Shown one piece after another: positions 1-14,300 of a DNA stretch of 64,000 bases. The first letter of the stretch is position 1, and each line of letters opens with the position of its first letter. A model generated the notes under the pieces. The model saw nothing but the letters and a program-made list of their open reading frames with translations. It was not told the origin of the DNA and searched no databases. Both the position numbers and the translations under genes were made by a program. The DNA comes from Azolla caroliniana (taxonomy: Eukaryota > Plantae > Polypodiophyta), in contig JBHGNT010000001.1 of the NCBI GenBank assembly GCA_043228905.1, positions 4,402,001 through 4,466,000 on the forward strand, given 5' to 3'.

Positions 1-110
1 GAATTAATAGGTTATAATTTTTAACTCTTTTTGCACTAAATAGGTTATTCTTGCAAGAAAATCTCTATGAATTAATAGGTTATAATTTTTAACTCTTTGT
101 GCACTAAATA
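1..110. repeat. ~68-bp direct duplication
   Basis: gaattaataggttataatttttaactcttt..gcactaaata at 1 and again at 69. Confidence 0.8.
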
Positions 111-1500
111 TTACAGTAATTTCATAAGTTTCAGAAAAAGAAGTTCAATCACAATGTATAGGTCGAATATACACAGATCCCCTTCACTATGCAAACAGGA
201 TTCACGAAGGTGTCAACGCAACCTATAGCCATTATTCAGACTGTGTACAAGAACCAAAGAGCATGGCGCTTCAAGCAATCATGGAAAATAATGTTGTCAA
301 ATACTAAATGTTTGGGATGTGAAATAAAATAATTTTGAAGGTTGAGAATGTGAACTCAAATAATTTCAAACAATAAACGCTATAACATGGCATTATCTAT
401 AAATTGTAGATGAGCGCAAAATGAAGAAGCATGTTAGTTTATGGGCAATATTCTTTATTACACTTGTGGAACCAAAGCAACCACAGACGGTGATGTCGGA
501 GTTTTCAAACTTACCAACGAGATAACAGCAGCACAAGATTAACCAAACAGAAAACGCAATTAAAAACTTTGACCAAGATGTAAATAAACTGGTGACCAAC
601 ACAGAATGCACTTCGATCATTAAAAGCACTTAATTATGCTTTACTCATAAGAAGCCCGAGTTGGCTGTGATGGGTTTACAATTTGTCACTAAGACAGTGA
701 ACTCAGTAAGCCATTGGTTTGACATCTATGCTCTGGTATTTCTTCAGAGTTTTACAGCAAATGGTGAAGGGACTTTAAATTGTTGATTGCATTGACCAAC
801 AGCTTTGCCCTTTGATTAGGTGTTTAAAACTGACCTTATGCTTTTGATGTCAATGTTTCTGTAGTTGAAACTATGATTAGATTACAGGAATAGCTAAACT
901 TTTGCTTTTTGCTTTTGTAGTTTTATATGCTTTTTCCTGTTCACAGCCAACTTTTTACCTAGAGCTCTGTTTTGCTTTTTGCTTTTGCTCTGGAATTTGG
1001 GCTTCATCTTTTTGATGCAGGTAATACTTCTGCTTCTGCAGCTCAGCTTTGGCTTTTGCTTTTGCTTTTGACACAGCTGAAAACTGTGATCGCCTGGGAG
1101 CCTTCTGCTTCTGGTTCTTTGTTGGCTACCAACAAATTATTGTCTGCAAAATCAGTAATAACACGTCTAAGTTCCTTGCTTTACATTTAGTTATTAAACT
1201 TTTTCCGCTGCAGTCTTTAGTGAGACATTTATTTCTCATAACAATTCACCTTATGCTTGGGACAGGATGGATGCTTCATGACCAGAAACTTTTCAGCTTT
1301 GAAATATGTGAAAAAGCGCTCACCAGGTAAAGACTTTCCAATTTAGCATAGAATCTCTTAATATGCTGTGAGCTTCGGCATTGATACACATTGCAAGGCT
1401 CCCTGAATATAAATAAAGTGTTTTGTCAATATCACCAGAAACTATATCAAAGTTAGTAGCATATATATCCCGTTGCTATTAAAAGAGTGATGGATATATC

Positions 1501-4500
1501 TTATGTTTTTTTCTTCGTTACCTTGTCATAGGTAACCTTGCCAATGGCCATGGGGTTCCCTGGCTCAGACAAGAGCTCTTCGATTGCTACCTTGGCACTC
1601 TTAAAATGGACTGTTTTTTTCAGGTTTTGCTTTGTTAATGCCTCTAGTTCTGTGACAAACACAGCCATCACGGGCCGATGGTCTGAAAGGGTCAATTCTT
1701 GCCTTCCATATGACAACTGTTGTAATCCTTCCCCATGCCATAAGATACGATCACACCTGGAATTCGAAATTTATGCATCAGATTATATGGCCTAAAGTTA
1801 AAAATGTAAAAACAAAGCATGGTAAATAAAACAGAGCAAGGAGATTTACCATGCAGGTGTGCGTCGTTTCTCTCCTGCTTTTGCATTTTGTCCAGAGTAC
1901 TGATGAGAATTAATTTCATATTTGTAAGTGGGTGCAAAAGATATGCCACCTTCATGCCATCCCTCAAATGTATGAGCTGTCCGCATTTCTTTCCTCAGCT
2001 ATTATCAAGCCAAACAAGAATGCTGCAATTAGTCTAACTATCTCTCTTTCTCAGAGCCATGTCAGTTAGGGGTGGCCCATGGATTTTACATCCCAGGTGC
2101 AGGCTTTTTTTTCCTTCTTGACTAATGTGACTCTGTTTATTCTACTTAATATTGAATTTGGAAAATAGCAGAGCACTACTTTACCTGATCCCTGGCAAGA
2201 AGAGCTGTCCAGTCCTCTCTTGCCACAAGAAACCGGACATCACTATCTGATAGATTAAGGCGATAATTGAGATCCCCAAACCAAATAATTCGGCTGCAGC
2301 AAAGGAGATCAACATATATCACTGGATTAGATAGCTGTATATGAGCATAGTGTGTACATGCAAATTGGATTAAATATAACTCCAAAGCCACTTACTCATG
2401 CTGAAATATGGTCTTTGGGACTTCGATATGACCCTTCTTTGTCAAAGGAAAGCGGGTGCGTCTTATAATTTCCAAAACATCAGCATTCCTCCGTAGCTCG
2501 TCTCCTTCCTTACCCCCAGCTGTGAGGTGGGTACAGATGAAACAAAAGCTTGTTCCATGAAGAAGCATACTCACTGAGATAGAACCCTGTAAAAAGATCA
2601 TAATAACCCTGATGAGACTCCCATTTGAAGCCAGAATAGCTAATCAAATCTACCTAAAGACAGAAAAAAACTTGAGTGAGAAAGAGGAAATACCTTGTTT
2701 CCTAAGCATCCCATTATACCAAGACCCACACTGGAAACTGTCAAATTATGTATGTGTCGCCGCAACTTCCTTCTCACCCAGATAGATATATGTATACCAA
2801 CCATCTGCTTGCTTGCAACACGGACATAGCGTGGCCTCTTTTTTACAGAATCATAATCAGGGGTCACTATAGACATTGATGTCAACAATGGCTTGAAAAG
2901 AGCCTCATCATCAGTAGATCCTGCATCATGGATAGGATCACGGGAAGATAACCAGTTCAACGGTTCAGAAGTGGCTCTATCTAGCCTTAACCTGTTGAGA
3001 CCAATACATTCTGTCCTCCTATACACGCCAACTAGGTCAGTTTTTCCATGATGATCACCTTGTTCGTTTGATGATGAGAATGAAGGCATGAAGCTGGTCT
3101 CTTCTTCAATCAGAATGTGGTCAGAATCCATCTCGGTATCATCTAGGGAAGCCATCTTCTTGGAAGGTGATAAAGGAGCACTATGGCATTTAGAGTTTGT
3201 TCTTTGCCTAGGTCTGTTCAGTGTCTTCCTTATCAGACTTTGCCATTCAGCTGTTGGAGCACTATCTTCGGCAACAAAGACATTGCCCGCATTCAGGGGT
3301 ACAATCTCTTGAAAGCTGCAGGATAAAACAGAAAATATTGATCAAATTAGCTGCTAAATTTGCTCCATGTAAAAGAGTTTCATAATAGATGAACCATTCA
3401 ACCCTCTTCTTCTAAAAAGCCTTTTTTAACTTTGCTTATTGTTTTATCTTGGTTATGACATAGAACATAATTAGCTGTGATTAGCATAAAACATTCATAT
3501 TGGATGACCCTTTGCATATTCACTTTCTCTCATCCTTGGTCTCTTTGCTTAAGGTTACACAAGAGTTACATGAGTGTTCTCTGATGATATTTAACACAAC
3601 TTGCAGTTATTTGCCAGTTCGTAATAACAGTATCTGATAACTTACCCTACAACATAGATATCAGCAGGGTTATCCAAGTCCAACCAATCTTTTAGATCCA
3701 AATCAGGTGATGGTGTTCTTGCACCCACGTTCCATGTGCCTACAGTAATTCTGCACAATTATGGGAGATGTTAAACGAGGATGCAAGATGTTAAAATTTT
3801 AAAATTTTCCAATACAAAGCCCTAACAGAGGTTTTGGCCTTTTGCCAAGCAGGAGAAAGCCCACTTTTCGTCATTTTTCGCTATGCTATTCAACGTTTTT
3901 AGCTTATACAAGAGAAATGGATACTATCATAAATAATGTTATCTTGAAATCATAGGCCTAACATTACTCAAACTTCTTGTGTGTCCTTGAATGGCATGGC
4001 ATACCTCAACTCATCTTTGACCACAGAATGTCTATGTGGCTTTTCAGCTTCATGCCCCTCATTGGTCTCAGAGTATCTTCTCCATGGTAAATCTACATAA
4101 AGGAAAATGACTTGGATCAGAACATAGGGTGTACATACATTCTCTTAGATTCAAAGCAAACATCATAGATATAAAAAACGTAATATAATCCAATATATAT
4201 CTGTAGTCCAACTTAGATAATATACAGTACATAGCACATAGCAATAAAAAAAAGACTCACCATCATTACCATCTTTTCTAGAAACCAAAGGAGATGGCTT
4301 TCGATGTGTGCATCTTTTCAGAGGGTAATCTGAAAAAAGACTATTCAGATTCAGGAAACAATTTCTGAATTCATGGATTACGAAGAAGAAATTATAGCAG
4401 ACTATTGCTGTGGTACATAGTATATACGCACCCTCAGATTCAGATTCGTTTTCACTCTCAGTATCAAAATCTTTGTCTTCTTCATGCTCATCAGCACTGA

Positions 4501-7500
4501 AGTCATCTCCAGACTTAATGTTAAGCCACTTTTTCATCACCATCCGAGGCCATAGAAGCTGCATCATTAATGATATCAAGTAAATTAAAACAATTGCCTA
4601 ATCTTTCACATATAAAAAAAGGGAATTCAAATATGTCAGAACTCATAGCAGGGAAACCTAAACTTTCGCAGAGCATAAATGAAACCATAGCTATCTTTCA
4701 CTAGTTCATAAGACAAAACTATATTTATCTTCACAGATTACCAGTAGTCAACCCTAAGATTTCTTACATAGAAAAAAAATGCATCCCTAATTCCACAGAA
4801 TTAAATAAAACACAAGCACTTTTCAGCTTGATATAATAAAAAGAAACCATAATTATCTTCTAGGAAACACAAAAGGAATCCCTAATTATCTTTCACAGAC
4901 TGAAAGGAAGCTCTGAACTTACAACTGTTGTCCACAGAGGTAACCGTATGCATAAATAAAGTATTTTCTAATTGACAGAACACAATACAAGCACTAATCT
5001 TTCATAGAGAATAAGACGAACATCTGATCATCTTTCACAAATTGAAAAAGAACCCATAACCTTTCAAAACTCAACCAATTATAGAAGAAGGAAAGCATAA
5101 TATTCCACAGAGAGTACTTACAGACCTTTCACAGAAAGAAAAATGAAACCTTAATCTTCCTGAACTCAACGAAAATCCAGCTATTACAGACCTAGATTTT
5201 CTTTCAGAAAAAGACCCAGAATTATGCATAAAGAAAGCACTTTCGACTGGACAGAACGTAATGTTATTAAAGGGAACCCTAATCTTTCAAAGAAAATGAA
5301 AGAAATTCCTGCTTCTCTTTCACAAGTTGGAAAGGAAACCATAACCTATCAAAATTCATCACAAGAAGTAGCCACAGTATTTCTTTCACAGAAACAACCC
5401 TCGTTTCAAGAATTATCTGCAAAGAAAATTCGTTTTGACGTGAAACAAGAAAAGAAAGCCTAAACTCTAACGATAAAGGATAGTGAAAGGAAAGCTTAAC
5501 ATTTCTTTGCCCAAGAAAACAAAATCCTAGCACTTCCCTGATGAAGAAAGTACATAAAGACCTTTCACAATCGAACAATGAAATCCTAGCCTGTCAGAAG
5601 TCGAGGAAAAGCCAATTTCTAATAGACATAGATTTTCTTTCAAAGAAAAACCATAATTTCACAGAATTATGCATAAACAAAGCACTTTTCGGCAGGACAG
5701 AACATAATGTCATTAAAGGGATCCCTAATCTTTCAAAGAGAATGAAAGGGAACCCTGTTTCTCTTTCACAAGTTGATAAGAAAACCATAGCCTATCAAAA
5801 TTCATTGAAAGAAGTTGCGTCAGTATTTCTTTCACACTAACAAGACTAATTCCAAGAATTATATGTGAAGGAAACACATTTCGACCTGAAACAAGAAGCC
5901 TAAACTTTCACAATAAAGGTTAGCAAAAGCAAACCCCAACATTTTTCTGACCAAGAAAGCAATGCAAGCAATTCCCTCATTAAGAAAGTACAGACAAGCC
6001 TTCCACAGATTAAACAATGAAATAATAGCCTGTGAGAAGTCATGTAAATGTCAATTTCCAATAGACATAAATTTTCTTACAGAAAAAGACTCATGATTCC
6101 ACAGAATTATGCATAAACAAAGCACTTTCCGATGGACAGAACATAATGTCCTTAAAGGGAGCCCTAATCTTTCACAGATCACGAAAGGAATCCTGTTTCT
6201 CTTTCACAAGTTGGAAAGGAAACCATAAGCTAGCAAAATTCATTGAAAGAAATAGCATCAGTATTTCTTTCACAGCCATAAGCCTAATTCCAAGAATTAT
6301 CTGTAAAGGAAACACGTTTCGACCTGAAACAAGAAAAGAAAGCCCAAACTTTCACGATAAAGGATAGTAATAGGAAAGCCTAACTTTTCTTTGGCCAAGA
6401 AAGCAAAATCCTAGCAATTCCCTAATCAAGGAAGTATATACAGACAATTCACAGATCGAACAATGAAATCTAGCCTGCAGAAGTCAAGGAAATGCCAATT
6501 TCTTATAGACATATATTTTCTCTCAGAAAAAGACTCATAAGTCCACAGAATTATGCATAGACTATGCACTTTTGGATAGGCAGACAATAATGTCCTTAAA
6601 GGGAGCCCTAATCTTTCACAGAATGAAAGGAAATCCTGCTTCTCTTTTACAAGTTAGAAAGGAAACCACAATCTATCAAAATTCATCGAAAGAAGTAGGG
6701 TCAGTATTTCTTTCACAGTAACAAGCCTAATTCCAAGAATTATCTGTAAAGGAAACACGTTTCGACCTGAAACAAGAAAAGAAAGCCTAAACTTTCACGA
6801 TAAAGAATAGTAAAAGGAAAGCCTAACATTTCTTTGACCAAGAGAGCAAAATCCTAGCCTAATTCCAAGAATTATCTGTAAAGGAAACACGTTTCGACCT
6901 GAAACAAGAAAAGAAAGCCTAAACTTTCACGATAAAGAATAGTAAAAGGAAAGCCTAACTTTCTTTGACCAAGAGAGCAAAATCCTAGCCTAATTCCAAG
7001 AATTATCTGTAAAGGAAACACGTTTCAACCTGAAACAAGAAAAGAAAGCCTAAACATTCACGATAAAGGTTAGTAAAAGAAAAGCCTAACATTTCTTTGA
7101 CCAAGAAAGCCAAATCCTAGCACTTCCCTAATCAAGGAAGTATATACAGACATTTCACAGATCGGACAATGAAATCCTAGCCTGTCAGAAGTCGAGGAAA
7201 TGCAAATTTCTAATAGACATAGATTTTCTTTCAGAAAAAGACTCATAATGCCATAGAATTATGCATAAACGAAGCACTTTCCGATGGACAGAACATAATG
7301 TCCTTAACGGGAGCACAATATTTCACAGAGAATGAAAGGAAATCCTGTTTCTCTCTCACAAGTTGGAAAGGAAACCATGACCTATCAAAATTCATTGAAA
7401 GAAGTAGCGTCAGTATATCTTTCACAGTAATAAGCCTAATTCAGAAGAATTATCTGTAAAGGAAACACGTTTCGATCTGAAACAAGAAAAGAAAGCCTAA

Positions 7501-8348
7501 ATTTTCACGATAAACGATAGTAAAAAGAAAGCCTAACATTTCTTTGACCAAAAGAGCAAAATCCTAGCAATTCCCATATTAAGAAAGTACAGACGAGCCT
7601 TTCACAGCTCGAACAATTAAATCCTAGCAGTAAAGAGTCGAGGAAATGCGAATTTCCAACAGATATGGATTATCTTTCAAATAAAGTCACATAATTCCAC
7701 AGAATTATGCATAAACGAAGCAATTTTCGACTGGACAGTACATAATGTCATCAAAGGGAGCCTAATCTTTCAAGGAGAATGAGAGGGTTCCTCGTTCTAT
7801 TTCGAAGTTGGAAAGGAAACCATAACCTATCAAAGTTCATCAAAAGAAGTAGCCTTAGTATTTCCTTCTCAGCAATAAGCCTAATTCCAAGAATTATCAA
7901 CAAAGAAAACACGTTTCGCCCTGAAATAAGAACTTAAACTTTCACGATAAAGAATAGTAAAGCAAAGCAAAATCTAGCAAATCCCTGATCAAGAAAGTAC
8001 AGAAAAGCCTTTCACAGATCGAACAATGAAATCCTATCCTGTCAGAAGTCAAGTACGGAGATTCTAACCTGCCAGACACCAAGAAAGGTTAAAAATAAGA
8101 TGTCACGGATAAAAGAGAATAGAATTCTAAGCTTTTCGCAGAAATCTAATCCTATATGGATGAGAAGTTAGGCTATGTTAGAGACTAGGAAGGGAAGAAA
8201 CCCTAATTATCTTTTATGGATCAGATGAAGCAGAAACGGATTGCAAACAATGTCATGAAGATGATGATGATGAAGCAGGAGGAGAATGAGCGATTCTGTT
8301 TACCTCTCCCCGTTTCTTGTTGTTCCGTTGCTTAGTAGATGTAGGCAT
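1501..8348 (-). CDS. Type I inositol polyphosphate 5-phosphatase (CVP2/5PTase-like), 10 coding exons, ~586 aa
   Basis: Hand-spliced exons 8348-8304, 4558-4432, 4329-4261, 4092-4005, 3750-3646, 3315-2694, 2586-2396, 2293-2185, 1998-1850, 1756-1501; all GT-AG, phases consistent. Motifs [87 protein letters not shown]. An extra short 3' exon (~1402-1358) is possible. Confidence 0.93.
5130..8050. repeat. Intronic tandem array, ~443-bp unit, ~6.5 diverged copies, with a nested ~131-bp triplication
   Basis: Marker gaattatgcata recurs at ~5220, 5664, 6104, 6547, 7256, 7701 (spacing 444/440/443/709/445). The 709 gap is explained by gcctaattccaagaattatctgtaaagg at ~6726, 6857, 6988. Confidence 0.92.
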
Positions 8349-8631
8349 GTTGGCCATTCAGCTGGAAAGCCTTCTTCTCCTCTTTCTCTACAGAAGGCAA
8401 GAGATAAACAGAGCAAGGGAGGGAGAATGCCTCTAGCCTGTGTGCCTGAGACAGATGAAAGGCGTGAATGAATGGAGGAAGGAAGGAGCTAGCTATGTAT
8501 ATGGAGGAAGGAGAGAAAAAGAGAGAGACAAGAGACGGAGACGGAGATGGAGGAGGAGGAGGAGGTTCCTAAAAAAATACGAAACAAAATCAATGTCTGA
8601 AGGAGAGGGAGCCTGGAGATTTTGTATTATA

Positions 8632-8632
8632 C

Positions 8633-8668
<36 letters not shown>

Positions 8669-8850
8669 CGGAGAGAGGACTGAGCACAGAGTAAAGACAG
8701 AGAGAGAGAGATAGAGAGAGAAGGGACCACAGACAGAAGACAGAGAGAGAGCTGCTGAAGCAGACACTCTCTATGAGTCTCTCCCCCATGGAAAGGGAAG
8801 AAGGGGGGGCCATGTTTGTGTGTGTGTGTGTGTGTGTGCCCGGGGTGTGT
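8632..8850. repeat. (TA)n/(GA)n/(GT)n microsatellite cluster in the 5' region of the phosphatase gene
   Basis: Visible dinucleotide runs; CT-rich on the transcribed (-) strand, typical of plant 5'UTR/core promoter regions. Confidence 0.8.
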
Positions 8851-9532
8851 GTGCCCGGGTGCACGCACGAATGTTATGTTTCTCGGCTAGACAAGGGCCA
8901 CCCGTAGACCAAATGGTAATATGATGTTGTCCGCCGGTGGTACTCACGAACCGGGCGGACAATGCAAGCAGCATCACGAGACTCCGCGAGTTGCTTACAC
9001 TTGACCCCTTTGTGATGAGGAGGCGTACAAGTGCAATTCGAACACTGAAGAAGCTCATCTGAATGAAGCAATGCAGAACAAAAAAAAAAGGATCTATCTA
9101 CTGATACAGCCTCCTTCGTCAAAAAGAGGAAACACGAAAAGAAAAGAGTGTGTACCACAAAGAGCAAAGAGAGCAAAGAGAGAGAGAGAGATGGATTATG
9201 CTAAAACAAAGCATTGGCCAAAAAAGTACACCCAATTATTTGTGTCAAATGGATGGCTTCCACAATCTTCTTGTGTGTGTGTGTGTAGAGGATTTCTAGT
9301 TTTTTACTCTCGTTCTTTTTCCTTCATTCGCACCTTCTCAAAATCTCTCTCCAACATTATTCATTCAAACTTTTATTCCGCACGTTTTCCTTTTTTCACA
9401 ATCGCCTCCTGCCTTTGATTTTAGACTTGACTCTACAACATTGCTCTCAAGATCGAGTCAATTTCAATTGTGTAATCTCTTCCAAAGTCAAAACTTTTTA
9501 AGTTGTCAACTTTAAAATCAAGCTTTTGCAAA

Positions 9533-9750
9533 ATGATTAAATTGATTTGTTGCAAATCTCTTATGGCAACATGAAGTATCGACATATGCTCATGCACGTG
9601 TGCATGAATATGTGTTTACATTGGTATGCATATCTAAAGATGTGTTGATTAAAACGATTTGTTGCAAATCTCTTATAAGTGCATGATGTAGGACACATAC
9701 TCATGCATGTGTGCACGACTATATGTTTACATGTGGCATGTATATCTTAT
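9533..9750. repeat. Diverged ~112-bp direct duplication
   Basis: gatttgttgcaaatctcttat...catatgctcatgcacgtgtgcatga / gatttgttgcaaatctcttat...catactcatgcatgtgtgcacga. Confidence 0.7.
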
Positions 9751-10854
9751 CTACACATTTAAGTACCCAAACAAAATACACTTACACATGGCTTAATCCA
9801 AAATATTACATAGCCCTATGTGTTCAATGACCCTTGCATAAGACTTTTCAAATGACGAACTAGATTGGATTCGACTTTTCATTACATATATTAGTTTCTA
9901 ATGTAGATTATCCAAATTTGATTAGCCAATGTAACCAAAATCAATGGCCCTTGCATATCTTTTGGTTGCCATAAACAATACTTATAATTGACCACTATTT
10001 GGCTCTATATCAAACTAACATGCCACATGTATGTATGCAAGAAGTGGCTATTGGGCTTTGTCATCAGTGACATACGTGTTGTATCTTATGTCTCCCATGT
10101 TGAGCCATGCACACACAAAAAATGTGTGGCCTCAAAGGCTACCAATATAAACCAATGATATAACCAATGATATACCAAAGGGGTGAGCATGTTTTCGAAT
10201 ACCCTTAAGATGAACATGTGCAAATCCCTCCATCTTTCTTTTGGAAGTAGTGATACTATTAATTAGATTCCGTGGATTGAACACAAGGAATTCACAAACC
10301 TATTTCTTTTGGATCAACAAGTATATTCGGTGACGAATCATGCAACCCCATGAAATATAGTATGATCAATAATGGACTTATTAGGTTTGATCCCGTTACA
10401 TCAAGGCTATAAGTCTTTTGGTTTTAGCACCTTGAATTGTTTTATGTGCTACTAAAACATGGTGTTTTTCTATATGTGTATCTGCACATGTCCATTACTC
10501 ATTCATTACATCAAACATGGGGGGATGTATATCCATTTATGCATAATGTTTGACCATCTGGTTTATCATACAAAAAGTCTTGTTTTCATTGAGCTATCAT
10601 TAACATGCACCAAATTTGCACACATAGTGTGCGTTCATCATATCCTAAATTTGCTTCCCTTCTTTATTTGTTCCCGACCATTAGATTGGAAAAAATGAGA
10701 CATTTTACGAGCAAATTATAAGGTAAAATGTTGGCATCATAAGAAGCGATAGGAGAGAGAAATATTATTAACATCCATGACCAAAACCAAACATGATCTA
10801 AAGGATGGGGTGGAGCCCATGGCGAGGGGGGGGGATATGTGAAGTGTTGGCATC

Positions 10855-11062
10855 CAATAAAGGAGTGCAATGTATGTTAGCTTAACTAAGCGCATGAGCA
10901 TGTAAACACGCGACTAACAACTAATGTGGAATCCACATATATGGAGCAAGACATGCAATAAAGGAGTGCAATGTATGTTAGCTTAACTAAGCACATGAGC
11001 ATGTAAACACGCGACTAACAACTAATGTGGAATCCAGATATATGGAGCAAGACATGCAATAA
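10855..11062. repeat. Near-perfect 102-bp tandem duplication
   Basis: caataaaggagtgcaatgtatgttagcttaactaag...gcaagacatg twice, with 2 mismatches. Confidence 0.9.
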
Positions 11063-12259
11063 ACTATAGAAGTTTTGGAGAACTATAAGTACCTAGGGAT
11101 AGGAAGAGACAGAAATTTAAAAAATTGTCACTAAGAACTAAAAGTATTTGGCAAGATGAAAAGGGAGAGGGAATCAATAAGCTACAAACGATGACAATAA
11201 CCAAATGATTGCCTGAATAGGGGGGTAGATCTAATATCTACATGGAAACAACTAATGGTTTAATCGTTTTCAAGTGTCACATGCCACTTTTCCAACTAGG
11301 GGCTTCACAAACTATAAATTGCCTTTTTATGAGACGATGCTAAAAAGTCGTGCACTAGCACATCTCATGATATTTTTGTAAACACATTTCACAACCACAT
11401 ATATTTCTCAAATCTGGCATTTCCATTCCATTCCATTGCCTCTTCCTATGATGTCATGAAAGGATCCATCATCCTACACATACAACTTCATTCTAGTTGC
11501 CTAGTGGGGAAATAGTACTTGACATCCCGTAGGCAATAATATGATTCCCTGTGTCACTACGTATGTGCATCCATTCATTCATGTGTAGTATTCTTTTTCA
11601 TACGTTAGATTTTGTACGATGTCCAAGTTGATGATCATATAACTTTTTGACACAAATTTAGGTATATTAGATTATCATGTTTCTAGGCTATCTGCATGTA
11701 TCTGAGGTTGATGCCTTGAGTTATTATCCATTGGGCTTAAGTTTGCTAAACATGTGTCGCGGGCCTTGATATGGTTTGAACTTTATGATATTCAATGAGA
11801 TTTTGAGGTAAGGGCATGCATATATATCCAAAACAAATGGATGATTTCATTATAAGCCATTTTTCATGACATCAATCAAGTGTGTGTGTGTGTGTGTGTG
11901 TGATAGTCCAAAAGACAAATGTATGTTGTCATTTTTATGCTACACACCGTGTTCAAGGAATTAATTTTGTTATAATATCTTATACTACTTAAATTGTTGT
12001 CTCCTCAAAGTTATATACTTCATATAGATTAGAAAATATTCACAAAAAACATGATATGCTTATTGAAGTGCGAATACTAGAAAAGATCCAACTCTACGAT
12101 GGTGCAATTTATGGGGTTTAAAATTTAAGGGCTACCCACATATAGTCTAAACATCTCATTGTGCGTGTACCTTTGATCGATGGAAACATGGAGTTTAGTA
12201 TTTGACACAAACACGCATGGATCGATGTTTGCAAGTGATCACACATCTATCGAAACAAA

Positions 12260-14300
12260 CATATTAATATAAATTGACCACTTCTCTCTTGAAATCAAGG
12301 CTTAATTTATATTTTCAAGTCTTTTGGATTGATCTCCCTTATAAATGCCTAGAGCGGTATTTCTAATCCATGCATAGGCCCACCAAAAAATAAACCCAGA
12401 GTGTCATTGCTCAATGAAAGCGAAGCCCATACAAGAGCAACTCTTTATCTTTTCATGTCATATACTTCAATTTCTTCATCCCACTAAAATAATGTTTTTT
12501 CTAAAATTGTGCCATGTATACAAGTTACTCAAGAGTCAAGACCTCAAAGTGCTTTGTATGGCATGTGTTCAACCTTTCCTCATACACTAGGTTTTTTATG
12601 TATTCAACCGCTAAAGGTTGTTTCGTAAAATTCCATATAATTCTAAAAGGTGCTTGTTGGTTGCTCTTTAATACACTTTTTCCATGACCAAGAACCTTCT
12701 AAGAAGCTGACTCCAAGATTTCATCCCTATTTCCTTCTATGATTGAAATCTATAAACTCGACTTTTGAACCATTGTCTGTGAAGTAATATATATTAATGA
12801 CACGGGGAAGTTGGTTATACAATGCCATTGTTAAGCCTTCCACAAAGAAGTGAAGAACCATGCATATTCTTTAATCACATGAATTATTTTTTCCATTAAC
12901 AAAATTAGCACTATGTACATGAGGGGCTCACAACAATGACCAACCGCATAAAAAGCCATGCATTATGATTTACTCGCCAGTTGAATCGAAATATTTATTT
13001 CCTAGAAGGGATTATTTGCTACTAACATATTGTAGAAGTGTTACTAAAAGTGATTATCGGTTGTCGCTTCAAGTTAAGAGATCATATTGGTACGAAATTA
13101 CCACGTAGTTTCGAAGTTGATCATTAGTGTTAAATTGATCTTTGGTTGTATGAATCGCATTAAGAGTTCCACGCAAAGTTTTGATCATGTTTAACAATGA
13201 CCTTCTTTCCATTTAATTATGTTATTTGTAGGGACGACAAAGCTCCATGATACAAGAATGCCACTGTAAAGGTTGTGTTAACCTTTATTTTATTATTATT
13301 CCAAAGTAAGGGCATGCTTCCATGAAATTGCTCATTGAAGGCCATGAGGCCATGTTCAATCAAAATGAATCATTCCCTTTATTTTATATCAACATCAACA
13401 TTGCTGGATGCATGCTATATAAAAACCAACGGGTCTACCCTTTTACCAACGTTGATACATTATATCAAGTTTCTGATTTCTCCTATGTGAATAAAGTATC
13501 ATGTTCTCCATTACCATGGGATGGTTTTTCGACAAAAAATATCTCAAAAGTTTTTGGTGGAGATAAAAAACAAAACACATTGTTAGTGAACACTTGTCTA
13601 CAATTAACAATGATCAGTGATGCATAAAAAAACACTAAAAAACTTGACTCTAACTGACTTTTTGTTATGGTTGCTAGTATATGTTATTCATAGTTTTAAC
13701 ATAACGGATCCAATCACGTCACTAAACATAACAATATGATATCGATCTTGAAGCTTGGTGAAGCTTAAAATGTTTTCCTAAAGTGCTCCAACATAGTAGA
13801 AAATCATTGGCTAATGATTCATTCATATTTTCTTGTTGGGTACTTGCATAGCAAAAATTTAACCATGTTCAAGGAAATGAATAGAGAACCTAGGAGGAAA
13901 CAAAAGAAAAATGGTTTTTGCAAATGTTAAGGTGTAGGAAACCATTATTGAGATATTTAGAATTGTGATTGCTTCCTTGTGTTTTTGTGACGTGGAAAAA
14001 AAGTTAATGCAAGCATTTTTGGGGGCAAAACGTTGGTACACATGATCTCAAGCTGAATTTACGACCATGTTCTATAGGGAAAGCAAAAATCAAGATACTT
14101 CGACGTTGCACATCACAAAATATTTATTGCCACACTAACGTGATTATATATCACTTTTAAATGGCTTGATGACCCTATAAACACTAATTCCATGCTTGGA
14201 CTTCTAAAGTCTATGCAAGGCATACAAAGGCAACAATGTTTAGCATCATAAGCTCTTGGTTTCAATAGTCGAGTCTTAATTGTGTGTTCAAATATTTATG
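12260..14300 (-). mobile_element. Highly decayed hAT-like transposase remnant
   Basis: Scattered minus-strand fragments in hAT order: ILNISIMVS, QVFTNN (cf. VQVVTDN), CEPLMYIVL (cf. EPLVRVLR), FWWAY (cf. WW..HG), REKWSIY (cf. ERNWSTY). No intact ORF and no TIRs located. Confidence 0.4.

Noticed and set aside
5224-7425. Similar short ORFs within the 443-bp array
   Set aside because: Frames are not conserved between units; intronic
8440-9418. Cluster of short ORFs on both strands
   Set aside because: Low-complexity UTR/promoter microsatellite sequence with no domain signal
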